DNA from: an uncultured Nitrososphaeraceae archaeon
Lineage (GTDB): Archaea; Thermoproteota; Nitrososphaeria; Nitrososphaerales; Nitrososphaeraceae
Assembly (NCBI GenBank): GCA_963779615.1
Contig: CAVZZA010000003.1
Coordinates: 32,001-96,000, forward strand
DNA length: 64,000 nucleotides
Reading direction: 5' to 3'
Made by a program: the position numbers and the translations under genes. Shown in pieces: positions 10,434-22,379 of the stretch (positions are counted from its first letter, which is position 1; each line of letters begins with the position of its first letter). The notes beneath the pieces are model-generated. The model saw nothing but the letters and a program-made list of their open reading frames with translations. It ran no database searches and was not told where the DNA came from.

Positions 10434-11000
10434 TTAGGAGGTTCGGTAGGTCCCTAGCTCTCCTCGCTTAACATCAGAACTATTTACAATGATCCCATAG
10501 ATTTCATCATCCCCAAAATGATTCTTTATACTTTCAGGGTTCAACCAGATACTTATCACGCTATTGTTCATCACTTTTATGCTTGTAGGGACTTCATTAA
10601 CCGGGCCCTCCTTCAAATTTATAGTGGATGTTCCGTTATATTCAGTTGTATTACTATTTGTGTTTGATGAATCAGACAAAACAAAATTAGTTAGTGCATG
10701 GGTGTGTTTCATTGTTCCATCAGGTTTAATCATTTCAATCGCGGCATTAAACACGCCTGAAGAGTTATTGGTTTCGCCATTTGTCTGGTTATTTAGGTTA
10801 GATTTCCATGTTCCAAAAAGAAGCCATGTTGTATTACCTTGCTCGTCATCCTGCACCCCCAAAATGTGCCCCAAGACATAGTTTCCTTTGACAAGATCAG
10901 GCGGGACAGCCATAACGCTGCTAAAACTGTAGGCAAAAGACAAAAGAGTAGCCATCAAAAAAGCAGACAGTATAAAATCTTTGAGAATAGCCATTAACAA
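10434..11000 (-). CDS. Secreted hypothetical protein
   Basis: Signal peptide followed by an Asn/Thr-rich beta-type domain. Confidence 0.7.
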   Translation of the reverse strand: MLMAILKDFILSAFLMATLLSFAYSFSSVMAVPPDLVKGNYVLGHILGVQDDEQGNTTWLLFGTWKSNLNNQTNGETNNSSGVFNAAIEMIKPDGTMKHTHALTNFVLSDSSNTNSNTTEYNGTSTINLKEGPVNEVPTSIKVMNNSVISIWLNPESIKNHFGDDEIYGIIVNSSDVKRGELGTYRTS

Positions 11001-11737
11001 TTATACAGTTTTGCCACTATTATCTTTTTCTACATATCAGATTTCACCTTATTTGGTAACATTTGGCTCGGTTCATTATGGCTGCCCTCTTTTTCTAAAT
11101 GCCCAGATTTGATTCGTCGTCCCAAAGTCTATCTATCCTGATACTTTGTTGTGCCTTCAAGCCTTGTCTCTCTAAATATACCTTCAAGGATGTACATTTA
11201 CATCATTGGGCTGTGCAGGCAGTAGTATGCTCCATCAATATCTCCCCCCCTTTCTAGAATATTTTGATCGTGCTCTTTCGCACTTTAGGCATCTCTTCCT
11301 CCCACATTCATTCCGTTTAGTGCAGATTACCGTTGTTTTGCAAAGCCTTTCTGTACTCCAATACCCAAGGACAAGCACACTTTTGCTGCCACCTTATCGA
11401 GAACAGCAGAATAAACAGTTTCATGAATGCCACAGCCATGCAAATTTCCTTCTTAGGTTGTGTTTTTAGGTGAGGTAGGCTTCAACATTAACAACAGGTC
11501 GATTCATGAATACCTGTCTTTTCTTTTTTCCGTAAAAAGGAGTTATCTACATTTTGTCCTTTGGTTGTGGAAAGATTCAATTCATCCGTGAACGCAACAG
11601 GGCCGGGAGAATACTTTTCTTCCCTTTCACATCCCCCGATAGTGAAAGAATAAAAAAAAATCAGAATGTTTTTTCTTTAATATCATGGTCACTTGAAATT
11701 TTTTGCTTTTATTTGAGTTTTGCTGATATTAGTTGAC

Positions 11738-12133
11738 ATGGAATTACTCCGAATTTCAGCGGTAACATTATTGGTAAAAGATATGCATAAATCGTATTGT
11801 TTTTATTCCAAAGTTCCTGGTTTTCACATATCTTATTTTACCGACAAATTCATAACTTTTACACTAGATATGGACCATGACAGAAAAACCCATTTAAATC
11901 TGGAATTGAAAAAGCGTGGCGAATTCCAGAGTGCTGAAACAACAGATTTTGGAAGAATAATTTTTCACGTAGATAATGTGGATGCTTTACATTCTTATTT
12001 CAAAAGTGATGCAAACATGTTAAAACTAATTACCATAGAAAAGCAACCAGAAAACGCAGCATGGGGGGAAAGGTATTTCCATATACGGGATCCCGACGGA
12101 TATCAAATATCTTTTGCCGAACCAATAAAATGA
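11738..12133 (+). CDS. VOC/glyoxalase family protein
   Basis: ISAVTLLVKDM...FY, FGRIIFHVDNVD and WGERYFHIRDPDGYQISF. ATG at 11738 is preferred over TTG at 11720. Confidence 0.88.
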   Translation: MELLRISAVTLLVKDMHKSYCFYSKVPGFHISYFTDKFITFTLDMDHDRKTHLNLELKKRGEFQSAETTDFGRIIFHVDNVDALHSYFKSDANMLKLITIEKQPENAAWGERYFHIRDPDGYQISFAEPIK

Positions 12134-12496
12134 TTCAAGCCTTTGCCCTAATAGATGGATATCAGCATACCGGTTAAAGAAACAAACAGGCATTTTTTTT
12201 CCACAGAAATATATACATACCAATCTGATCGGTTCCACATCCATTCAAAGTTTTTTTTGTGGATTCTTCGGGTTGTTTTATAAAGCGGCTATCTTTAACT
12301 GCGCCTTTTTAATGGATCGCACAAAAAATTATTTCATGCAAGGTACAAGCCGAAAACCATTGACTGCGAACATTCTCAACTATCCCGTAACGATATAACG
12401 CTTCTTGAAATTGTCTCAAACAAACCAGTGTTAACAATCCTTGGTAGATAAATCAAGACTGATTGATATAGATTGGCAGTTATTTTGGTGAAATCT

Positions 12497-12770
12497 GGAT
12501 TGTTGCATGTTTCTCAAATTTCACGGATGCATCGTATTTCTCATCTAAAAAGTTACCGACTTGTTATGCAGTGGTACTTTCAGCCACTCTTTTGGCACAT
12601 TTTCAAACTTTGCCGAATAGGCATACTCTCCAAGCGTTCTCTTTATGGAAGAAAACACTGTTTCTGCCATTCCGTCTCTTTCCAGATCTTGGCAGTCTCT
12701 CCAATTTCCAAAATCATTTTTTTGCGACGACAAAACTGACAGGAGGGACCATAGTGAGGTCCTTCAAATT
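12497..12770 (-). mobile_element. IS5-family (IS903-like group) transposase 3' remnant
   Basis: Fragment MAETVFSSIKRTLGEYAYSAKFEN is the C-terminal catalytic Glu region. End sequence GGATTGTTGCATG at 12497 resembles the end of the 41.1-42.0 kb element (reverse complement GGTTTGTTGCATG). Confidence 0.75.
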
Positions 12771-12771
12771 G

Positions 12772-13225
12772 TTATTTTCTAACTTTCGTATCAACAATCC
12801 TTTGGTACAATTTGTCCATAAATTCGACCAGGATATCCTGCGTTTCTTGATCGTTTTTTCTCATGAAATAATACAACTCCTCTGTTGAAGCATGATAGTA
12901 ATTCAGCAAGAGTATTTTTAAGGTTAGAGTAAATATATTTGTCCTTGGATTCTCTTGTTTTAATTGCAAATGCGGTTCCGGACATTCTTCTTTTCATATG
13001 GATATTCTCCACCATCTCAATAAATGAATCATTAAGGGGAAGGTTTTCAAACAAGGTCTCTGAGAGCATGTCCGAGGCATCCTGTTCACTCACCTGCAGT
13101 TCCCTGGATAAAGTAAATAGTACATGGCAGGCAGCACACCCATTTTCCTTTATAATGAAAGGATTATTTTGTACATTTTGAATTTCTTTAGAAATGATTT
13201 GTTGCGCGGCTTCTTTTGTGTTCAT
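12772..13225 (-). pseudogene. Conserved thaumarchaeal-type hypothetical protein with a CxxCH motif, frameshifted near 12895-12902
   Basis: The N-terminal frame (ENGCAACHVLF...KNTLAELL) is continued in another frame by YHASTEELYYFMRKND...EFMDKLY. Confidence 0.65.
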
Positions 13226-13582
13226 ACAATTGGCATTTCAATATAAGGCACAACAATATAAAAAATAGACCAACTATATTATAAGGAGGATAACACAAAA
13301 TTAACTCACTTTCCTACCGGAATCGAGTCGTTAAGATCCACATACCAAGGCTAATCAATACAAAAACCATATAATGTAAACCACCATTGCTGGAATAAAC
13401 TAAGCATAAAATCCAGTTAGGTTATGAAACCCTGTACAGTTAAAAGCGGCTTGTGTAATTGAGTCAAAAAATTTTGATTCTCAATCAGGTGAACTGTATT
13501 CCTCAAGAGAAAAGGGGCCCTTTCAATATCCCCGCTCCCCGCCCATAAACTAAAGTATCAAGAATAACAATCAAAACAATAA

Positions 13583-13945
13583 ATGAAAATTTCAGAACTA
13601 TGTAAAATGATAGAAGATACGCTTCATTCTGGAAAATACGCATTTGAAAATGAGCGCCAAAAACTTTTTTCAGGTTCAGCAGAGGTCATTAACAGGTCAA
13701 ATTCTGAAGACTTAAAACACAAAGATATCAAAATAGAGACAAGGGTGCAGAATCTTTATACCCTAAATAACTACGTACCTAATATCCAGCATCTTCCGGG
13801 GGTAATTGAAACGGATGTATTGGATTCTTTTAAAATGTTATGCAGGCGCCTAGAAAGAATCAAAGAGACCGATATTGACACAAGTTCAAAAGATATCAAT
13901 TTTAAGAAGAAAAACCAACACCAGAGCAACAACAAAAGTGATTGA
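13583..13945 (+). CDS. Hypothetical protein
   Basis: 120-aa ORF with an ATG start and natural composition. Confidence 0.65.
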   Translation: MKISELCKMIEDTLHSGKYAFENERQKLFSGSAEVINRSNSEDLKHKDIKIETRVQNLYTLNNYVPNIQHLPGVIETDVLDSFKMLCRRLERIKETDIDTSSKDINFKKKNQHQSNNKSD

Positions 13946-14300
13946 AGAGATATCTTACATTGATTCAACAATATGCATTTTGAATTGCAAGTACAATCCC
14001 TTTATGGCCAAAATCAATAATGCCAGCAAAAGACAAAAACCATAAACATTCCAATTTTGCGCATAAGAAAATTAATTGTATTGAGGGAAGCATGTTATCA
14101 ATGCTGACAGTCCTTGTATGTTCTTTAAGACGATTAAACCATTCCACAACAAACCAATTGTAATTAATCTGACTCTAGAATAATATACACCAAGATTAAC
14201 TCATCCTGATCAAGTTAATATCATTTAAGGAAATGCCATCATAATGGTGATTATGGAGGGCTCAAAATGAGGTGAGGTACGCATCAACATCACATCACCA

Positions 14301-16130
14301 TTATTTTTTTTCTTTTACGACATTGCTTTTAATACCTTTTGTTGGCACATCAATTTGATTTCTAAATAGTGTTAGTCCTATTCTGCTAGCGTAGGGTTGT
14401 CCTTTTGCAAAGGACTCGGCAATGTTTTTAGTGAATTCAGGTTCAATTTTTGGAGGCATGGGGGGTTCAAATGGATCGACATATGCTTCGACGATTACAG
14501 GTTTTGTTGTTTCTGCCATAGCTGCCTGCATAACCTGCTCGACTTCGCCTGATTCCTTGATTGTATAGCCCTTACCTCCGCAGCTTTCAGCAAATTTTGC
14601 AAAGTCTATCGGAGAAAATTCTACACCGTATTCGGGGTTGCCTAAAAACGCCATTTGTTCCCACCTGATCATTCCCAAAGTATTGTTTTTGAGAATGATT
14701 ACTTTTATAGGCAACCCATATTGGACGGCGGTAGCAAATTCCCCCATAAGCATTGTGAACCCCCCATCGCCAACAAATGCAATACACTGCCTCTTTGGAA
14801 AAGCAATTTTAGCTGCTATCGCATAAGGTAAGCCACAAGCCATGGACGCCAACGTTCCTGACAACGAAAACTTCATTCCTTCTCTCAAGTTTATGAATCT
14901 AGCAGCAAACAATGTATTGGTTCCACTGTCGACTGAAACTATAGATTCATCCTCGAGTTTACTGGAAACTGCTGCGGCAATGGATTGAGGTTTTACCATC
15001 TTCTTGTCACGTTCATTGGTTTTCAAACTACTTTGCTCAGTCAGAAGATCATTCCATTTTTTCATTGCTTGCTGTTTTGATTGAAGGAATTGGGATTGGA
15101 CACTCTCATCATTTTTTTCAAGCAAAAGAGGCAGCAATGCCAAAAGTGTTTTTGCAGAGTCGCCCACAAGGCCCACTTCTACAGGGTAGCGTAATCCAAT
15201 CCTTTCAGGTTTTATATCTATTTGGATGCCACGTACCTTTCCAGGTTTTGGAAGGTACTCAACATAAGGAAAAGACGTTCCTATCATCAATAACGTATCA
15301 GATTCATTCATGGCTTGTAGGCTTGGATAGGTACCAAGCATACCAATTCCACCTAAGCTACTAGGATGGTCATCTGGAATTACAGCCTTGCCCAATAACG
15401 CCTTGATAACCGGAGCTTTTATTTTTTCTGCAATTGACATCACCGACTCGCTTGCGTTAAGCGCCCCCTGACCTACTAGAACTACTACACGGTTTCCAGA
15501 GTTTATGATATCCGCGGCTTTCAATAGCAAGAGATTATCCGGCGTGGTACCAATGTTCACAATTGTATCGGATGTATGGCCAGGCACCTTATGCTTTGAA
15601 TAATTGCCTTCCAGGTTTCTTTCTTGAATGTCGATTGGTATAGTAAGGTGACTTACACCCCTTTGAGCTAATGCTGTTCTGCATGCAATGTCAACAGCCA
15701 TTTCAGCTTGCTCTGGCGCTATTATCATATTATTATAAACCGCCACATCGGCAAACAGCTCCAATTGATTTACATCCTGCTGATAGCCTGAGCCCATCAA
15801 GTCAGAATAGGTCCTTCCAGTTATGGCAATTACAGGAGCATTGTCTAATTTTGCATCATACAAGCCGTTTAGGAGGTGAATGGCGCCAGGACCAGAGGTA
15901 GCGACACATGCCCCTAACTTTCCTGTATATTTTGCATAGGCGCAGGCCATAAATGCAGCAGATTCTTCATGTCGTACCAGAATAAATCTAATCTTGTCTT
16001 GTCTTTTCCGTAAAGCCTCCATAAAACCATTGATTCCGTCTCCAGGTAAACCAAATATAACTTCCACACCCCAATCAATCAGTGTTTCCGCGATTATATC
16101 AGAGGCCCGCATATTTTGATAGTCATTCAT
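14301..16130 (-). CDS. Thiamine-diphosphate/FAD-dependent pyruvate oxidase/dehydrogenase (PoxB/YdaP-like)
   Basis: IFGLPGDGIN, VRHEESAAFMA, TSGPGAIHLLNGLYDAKLD, ThDP motif GDGG...NN and SGTLASMACGLPYAIAA. Confidence 0.92.
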   Translation of the reverse strand: MNDYQNMRASDIIAETLIDWGVEVIFGLPGDGINGFMEALRKRQDKIRFILVRHEESAAFMACAYAKYTGKLGACVATSGPGAIHLLNGLYDAKLDNAPVIAITGRTYSDLMGSGYQQDVNQLELFADVAVYNNMIIAPEQAEMAVDIACRTALAQRGVSHLTIPIDIQERNLEGNYSKHKVPGHTSDTIVNIGTTPDNLLLLKAADIINSGNRVVVLVGQGALNASESVMSIAEKIKAPVIKALLGKAVIPDDHPSSLGGIGMLGTYPSLQAMNESDTLLMIGTSFPYVEYLPKPGKVRGIQIDIKPERIGLRYPVEVGLVGDSAKTLLALLPLLLEKNDESVQSQFLQSKQQAMKKWNDLLTEQSSLKTNERDKKMVKPQSIAAAVSSKLEDESIVSVDSGTNTLFAARFINLREGMKFSLSGTLASMACGLPYAIAAKIAFPKRQCIAFVGDGGFTMLMGEFATAVQYGLPIKVIILKNNTLGMIRWEQMAFLGNPEYGVEFSPIDFAKFAESCGGKGYTIKESGEVEQVMQAAMAETTKPVIVEAYVDPFEPPMPPKIEPEFTKNIAESFAKGQPYASRIGLTLFRNQIDVPTKGIKSNVVKEKK

Positions 16131-17317
16131 TGATGAGGTAAGCTATGGCATCGGAAAATATAAGAGGTTTCAATCACGCGGATTAAAAACAACATGGGAC
16201 GGGTTTCATTTAAAGTTAAAAGTAGGATAACAATTGGTTCTGCTGGATTGGAGGTTTTTCATAATTAAATATTGTTTTATTCATTATTTTCTTGAATAAC
16301 AGAATTGAACATTTTCCTTCAAAGCCACAAACCAACACGATTAAAGGCAATACAATTGCACAACATATAAATATATATTTGTACTACCCTTTTCCTTCAA
16401 ATTTTTATAGAGTCTTTTGCTTTGTCGCATAACTCAAATTTTCGCATTTTTCAGATGTATTAGTTTTATTTCCGCAAGGGGAATAATCGATATTCGTATT
16501 GTGCTGATATGGGCTCTATAAACTGACGAATTTCATGGTTAAGCAACAAAGCATAGTTTTTCCTCTTTTGTTCATCTCTCGATTTCAAAGATCCCGATTT
16601 TTCACTGGTATTACATCACCTCAAACATTCTGTTCTGCGTATCTTATTTTTATATGATTGATTTTAACATGTTTACCACAACAATCAACTAAAAGTACCC
16701 AACCTTCGAAACATTGCCATAAAGGTGTTGCAATACATAGGTAAAAGAGAATGTTTTCACACATGATGCTATCCCAAACAAACATAGCCTATCAAAGTAC
16801 ACCACGATCAATTTTGTTTCATCCCATGGAATGTTTCGATGATTCTATATTTCTATAACCAACAAGATTACATTTTTTCCTAATTAGAGGAAAAATTGTA
16901 ATGTTAAATCTAATTCAAATTCACCACAGGATCAAACTCGTCACTATTCTGGACGAAAAACAAACAATTTGTTATTGTTTGGGGGCTGTTATTGAGATTT
17001 TGTAACCATGTTATCGCAAGGCAAAACTGGGGGATGCCATATAGGTGAATCTTTACAAGAGTCTTTGATGCCAACAATTATTGGTTTTTGGTCTTTACTA
17101 ACATTAAAAAACCGGCACCCGTCATATGTGGCAAAATAATTTACAGAGGGCATGCAATGAAAAAACAAAAAATGGAAACCAAGCCCGCAAAGAATTGATT
17201 GAGATTGTTTTCAGACATTTTATAATTTACAGTATAAATAGCCTCCCTATTCTATAGCATATTTTGCCTTTTAATTCAATTAAACAAATTAAGGTACCCA
17301 TCTAGTAGTATTAGATA

Positions 17318-18241
17318 TTGCTTTTGACCGATATGCTTGAACTGTTTTTATCCACTTTTAGACGCAATGAACAAGATGTTGTTAACCTTTACAACACGTT
17401 TTCAAGGCTAATGCAAATTACAAGTGGTGGAGATATGCTCAATTTTGGATATTGGGACAACGATACTCAAAACCCTTTGCAGGCGCAATATACACTGTCC
17501 AATATGGTTGGAGAATTTGCTTCCCTGAAAACGGCAAGAACATTGATAGATGCTGGAAGTGGATACTCTGCCCCTGCAATTCAATGGAAATCGCAATACG
17601 ATTCTCTTGAAATCATTTGTATAAACATAAACTTAGAGCAACTAAAGACTGCTGCCGTCGGAGCTGCTTCAAAATTTAACAATAAAAAAATGGTGAAGGC
17701 TATTGTATCAGACACGGTTGACAATTCAAGCATTCACAACTTTCTCCATTTAAATGCCACCTCTACAATGTTACCAGTAAAAAGTAAATCAATGGACAGG
17801 GTAATTGCTTTTGAATCTGCTCAACATTTTAAGCCACTAGTACAATTTGTTCAGGAATCAAACAGGGTATTAAGGCAAGAAGGTCTTTTAGTAATGGCAG
17901 TTCCAGTTATAACAGATGGCTCTTTCCTATCGCTACCCCTTTTTGCAAAGCTAGGGATACTCTCGGTTACTTGGGCGTCTGAACACTACAGATTAAAATT
18001 TGTCATATCAATGGTAAAAGCACATGGCTTTCAGATTAAAGATATCAAATACATAGGCTCGAATGTATACGAGCCCCTGGCTAGGTATTATATAGATAAC
18101 AGGGAAAAATTAAAAAACATAATTATTACAGAATACCCAAAGTTTCTTGAAACTATACTCTACAGGTCAATTTTAAAAATGAAGGCCGCCTCTAATCAGG
18201 GGATTATTGAATACATATTATTAAAGGCTGAAAAGACATGA
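17318..18241 (+). CDS. Class I SAM-dependent methyltransferase (sterol/tocopherol/RebM-like)
   Basis: MLNFGYW, motif I LIDAGSGYSAPA, FESAQHF and RVLRQEGLL. Confidence 0.85.
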   Translation: MLLTDMLELFLSTFRRNEQDVVNLYNTFSRLMQITSGGDMLNFGYWDNDTQNPLQAQYTLSNMVGEFASLKTARTLIDAGSGYSAPAIQWKSQYDSLEIICININLEQLKTAAVGAASKFNNKKMVKAIVSDTVDNSSIHNFLHLNATSTMLPVKSKSMDRVIAFESAQHFKPLVQFVQESNRVLRQEGLLVMAVPVITDGSFLSLPLFAKLGILSVTWASEHYRLKFVISMVKAHGFQIKDIKYIGSNVYEPLARYYIDNREKLKNIIITEYPKFLETILYRSILKMKAASNQGIIEYILLKAEKT

Positions 18242-19509
18242 ATTGAAGATAAATTATCAAGCATTTTTAAGTTTTCACACACAGAATTTTGTTTAATGCA
18301 TTGGTTTACCCATAATTTACTAAAATAATGCAGTGGTTATTTCTATTCCTTTAATTAATAACACTAAGTTGATACCAGTCGTCTTCAATACCATGCCCTT
18401 TTTTTTAAGTTACCCATATGATAACAATTAGTGAAGGTGGGCTAAACCTTCCAGACATCCATGACAACAAGGACATATCATCCTTTTCATATTTGCAGAA
18501 AATGGCTTGCTATTGAAACAGTAAAGCCACATGCCAATTGTACATTACTAAACAGGCAATGCAAAAGTTTTAACGTTAAGGCAATTGGTGCTTTGTCTGA
18601 CTATACGGATAAAAAAAATGATGAGATACACGGAACAAGATTTGAGAAGGCACTGCTAGAGTCCCTAATGAAGAACATGTCTGTGGAGTCACGGTGTGGT
18701 TGGGTGTTGATGCATTTGTCAAGAGTGGTAAATCTACAGTCCAATTGGAAGGGCTAACGATTAACCAGCCTATGATGAATAGGCATTGTTGAAGAAAGTT
18801 TGAAGATAGAACCAAGTCCTCAACTAAAAACAATAATATGAGATCTTGGATTAGTAACGACACACAGGGCGGACGTAATATAGATATTAAAATTTCTCAA
18901 TCCGCTCATGGGCGCAATTTACATCACCACTAATAAAACCTTTTAAATCAAAAGTTCCTTTGATTTACGAGAATTTGTTTATATCTTTAGTATTAATGGT
19001 AGTTCAGACCCCTTTTTCAGCTCGCATCCTACACATTAAATTAATGGAAATCTATTGCAGAACCAATAACACAAATCACCGTCATTTGTAAACATAAAAT
19101 TTTTTAGGTGTTGTCAATTACCAGGCATTTTTGCCAAAAGAAGAATCAAATTGGCGAACAAGTCATTCACATTTTCAGGCAAGGGTACAATGTTTTGTCT
19201 TGTTCTGCCGATATAGAAAAGGTTTTTTTATTATTATCACATTGCCAAGACTTGACTCTACACACTCAACAATTTATAGCGGTTAGTAGCCTACCCCCCA
19301 CCCGTTGAAAATTTTCTTTTGGCGTTTGTTTCATTTGTATCTTTGTGCGCGCCTTCATCATTGAATGCATTCGTTACTTTTCGGTGGAAAAATCAAGTGG
19401 CTAGCTGCTGAAAGGGCCATGGAAAAGAAAGAAATCTGTGAAATTCAAATAGAAAAATGCAACAACAAGCGTTATTAAATGGTGTGTAGTAAAAATACCA
19501 GGCAAAAAC

Positions 19510-20826
19510 TTGAAGTTCATCATCCTTTCATTAATTATTTTAGCCATATTATCTCCGTTAATACTCACCGAGATTCAGCAGGCACGTGGTGCTTACACAA
19601 AAGCAACTCCTGAAGAGAGCGGGCCTACTTTTAAAGATCAATCTCTAAAGGCAATCAAGATAACTGAGGGTTTGGACCATCCCACAAGTATGGCGTTTTT
19701 GGGTCCGGATGACATCCTGGTTTTACAAAAGAATGATGGAACTGTACACAGGGTAGTCAATGGGAAAGTTGTGGCAAAGCCCCTACTACAAGTTGAAGTT
19801 TCCCAAGGAGTAGAATGGGGTATGCTTGGGATTGCAGTAAGTAAGAGTAACAGCACTCAACCAAATAACCCAATTCATGTTTTCTTGTACTACACGCAAG
19901 CTTCTGGAAATGTTGCCCCTGATTCAGAGGATGGCGAAAATGGTGAAGGTAGTGATGTTGACAGCATTTACAGGTATGACTTGGTAGGGGACGCGTTGGT
20001 AAATCCAAAACTACTGTTAAATCTGCCGGCAAATATGCCTTCTGGAGGGCAGGAAAACAATCATGTTGGAGGAAAACTGGAGATTGGCCCTGACAACAAT
20101 CTTTACGTAACCATAGGTGACGTTGGGGGTAGAAATGGCCAGGCACAGAACATGGCAGATGGTGGTCCTCTTGACGGAACGAGCGGCATACTGAGAATGA
20201 CACAGGATGGAAAGCCATTGCCTTTATCCAACAATGGCACATCTTCCCCACAAAACAAACAACCAGAAATAAAGGATTTTTACTATGCATACGGCATACG
20301 AAACAGTTTTGGCTTTGATTTTGACCCTGTTACCAAAAAGTTATGGGATACTGAAAATGGAGGCACCGCCAACGATGAAATCAATTTGGTAGATAAAGGC
20401 TTCAATAGCGGATGGGTAAAGGTACAAGGTCTTGCAGGTCTTGCGGAAGAAGGTTTTAACCCACAGAGCGAGTTAGTTCAATTTCCCAATTCTTATTACC
20501 GTGATCCCGATTTCGTATGGGAGGGAACCATTGGGGTAACATTTTTGCAATTTCTTCAGTCATCAAAGTTAGGTCCGCAATACGCAAATACAATGTTTAT
20601 TGGTGACGTCAATACAGGCAATCTCTATAATTTCCAATTAAACAAAGACAGAAACGGCTTGGCATTGCAGGGAGATTTAGTTGATAGGGTGGCAAATACT
20701 GACGATGATCAAACTCCAATAATACTTGGTAGCGGATTTGGAGTAGTTACCGATATAAAGGAAGGGCCGGATGGCTTTCTTTATGTTTTGAATTATAGCG
20801 GAGAAATTTATAAAATATACAAATGA
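19510..20826 (+). CDS. Secreted PQQ-dependent glucose/sorbosone dehydrogenase family protein
   Basis: GLDHPTSMAFL, NHVGGKLEIGPD, YAYGIRNSFGFDFDP, ENG...DEIN and EGPDGFLYV, with a signal peptide. Confidence 0.9.
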   Translation: MKFIILSLIILAILSPLILTEIQQARGAYTKATPEESGPTFKDQSLKAIKITEGLDHPTSMAFLGPDDILVLQKNDGTVHRVVNGKVVAKPLLQVEVSQGVEWGMLGIAVSKSNSTQPNNPIHVFLYYTQASGNVAPDSEDGENGEGSDVDSIYRYDLVGDALVNPKLLLNLPANMPSGGQENNHVGGKLEIGPDNNLYVTIGDVGGRNGQAQNMADGGPLDGTSGILRMTQDGKPLPLSNNGTSSPQNKQPEIKDFYYAYGIRNSFGFDFDPVTKKLWDTENGGTANDEINLVDKGFNSGWVKVQGLAGLAEEGFNPQSELVQFPNSYYRDPDFVWEGTIGVTFLQFLQSSKLGPQYANTMFIGDVNTGNLYNFQLNKDRNGLALQGDLVDRVANTDDDQTPIILGSGFGVVTDIKEGPDGFLYVLNYSGEIYKIYK

Positions 20827-21084
20827 AAAGCATAAACTTTGGGTTCAAAATCAGAATCCAACAGGATATGCTTTTCACCATAACACTGCAATACCTGTTT
20901 GCTTACCCATGGCACCTTTTTATCAAAAAAATACCTGCTGTCGCAATTACACCATTATAACCACAGGTTCTTTACTGTACAATATTTGAAAACTGATACA
21001 TTGCCCATATTAAATCACACCATAAGCGGGCAAGTGCATCTTTTTGTGCGCCCTTTTTCAAACAAAATTCATATTGGCTAGTGA

Positions 21085-21999
21085 TCACGTTAACTTTTTA
21101 CTGTAGATTAGGAATTCTTCACAATTATCAATACAGATGTCATTGAACATAGAGATTAAATCGATAGAATTTTCCACAAAAAGATGGATGTTTTTGATTT
21201 GGTTATGTGCACCCAATGCTTCCATAATTAAATAAACGAAATTAGGATATGTAGAATAATCAAGACAATCAAGGTAGCAGATCTGCAGTAACGGCTCGTT
21301 ACAAAATATATCCTTGTTCCCTATTATATTTATTACAGATAATCCGATAATTTTATCATTCTTGTCCACAATTAGAAAAAGTTTTTCTTTAGATATCAAA
21401 TCATAAACACCATCAAAGGTATTTTTCAGCTTATAGAATTTCCATTCATTAAAATATCGGCCATCCATTTTTGAGTAAACTTCAGAAGTATCCAGATAAT
21501 TTTGTATATGTTTAATGTCGTGGATGTTAGCACATCTAAAAATCAATGAATGACCATTGAATTGCAAAGTTTTCCCTATTTTCATGTTGTAGTATCTACA
21601 AACCGAATTTGCAGAAAACCCATGCCTTTCAAACAGTCTTTTGGAAATTACGTTTTTATTGGATACCAATGCACAAGACTCATCCAATCCCTTTTTAATC
21701 CCATATTTTACCATATACTTTAAAAGATACGTGGCTATTCCCTGATTCCTACAAGTTTCATTTACTCTCAAACCCTCAATCCACAAGACATTATTTGGAC
21801 ATGAACTGATATGAGATACAGCAACAGGACCATAAACCAACGTGCCCGAATTGGGCATGTCTACAACAAGCAATAATCCAGAAGGGTCGGTTACCCATGA
21901 ATCCCAAACTATGTCGATATAGTCCCCCCAAGCAAAAGTGTCTTGGCAAAAATTTAAAACCTTATGCTTGTCGGAAGGTTGTGCTTTGCGAATATGCAA
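21085..21999 (-). CDS. GNAT-family N-acetyltransferase
   Basis: WGDYI, acetyl-CoA motif WIEGLRV...RNQGIA and NVISKRLFERHGF. Confidence 0.82.
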   Translation of the reverse strand: MHIRKAQPSDKHKVLNFCQDTFAWGDYIDIVWDSWVTDPSGLLLVVDMPNSGTLVYGPVAVSHISSCPNNVLWIEGLRVNETCRNQGIATYLLKYMVKYGIKKGLDESCALVSNKNVISKRLFERHGFSANSVCRYYNMKIGKTLQFNGHSLIFRCANIHDIKHIQNYLDTSEVYSKMDGRYFNEWKFYKLKNTFDGVYDLISKEKLFLIVDKNDKIIGLSVINIIGNKDIFCNEPLLQICYLDCLDYSTYPNFVYLIMEALGAHNQIKNIHLFVENSIDLISMFNDICIDNCEEFLIYSKKLT

Positions 22000-22379
22000 A
22001 TATTTATCTTATTTTCAAGCGCAACATTAAAGCTTTTACGACATAATTTAATTTGTCATTATGAAAATGATTGATTATTGGCCCTTTTCTCCAAAATTCA
22101 GGGCAAGAAACAAAAAAATGAAGAATTTGATTATTGAATCCTCTGGCACAAGGCCAGTAACAATATAATGCCGGTTTGTTATTTTTGATAAAATGGCCAA
22201 TAACCTATGTTAGGTTAACCTGGGTGTGGTTTTCACTTTTATTTTATCTGGTTTTGCACTTCCAGTTGCAACAAAAATATAATACCACGCCCAAAAATAC
22301 AAATTTTTAGGAATGCGGGTAGTTTCTTTATAATATATAGTTATTTAAAGTATATAGAATATAATACATTAGAGCATAA

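Noticed and set aside
11040-11520. Higher-GC intergenic tract as a gene or IS
   Set aside because: The frames are short or interrupted with no recognisable motif. The same is true of 18420-18850, 19100-19400 and 25180-25550.
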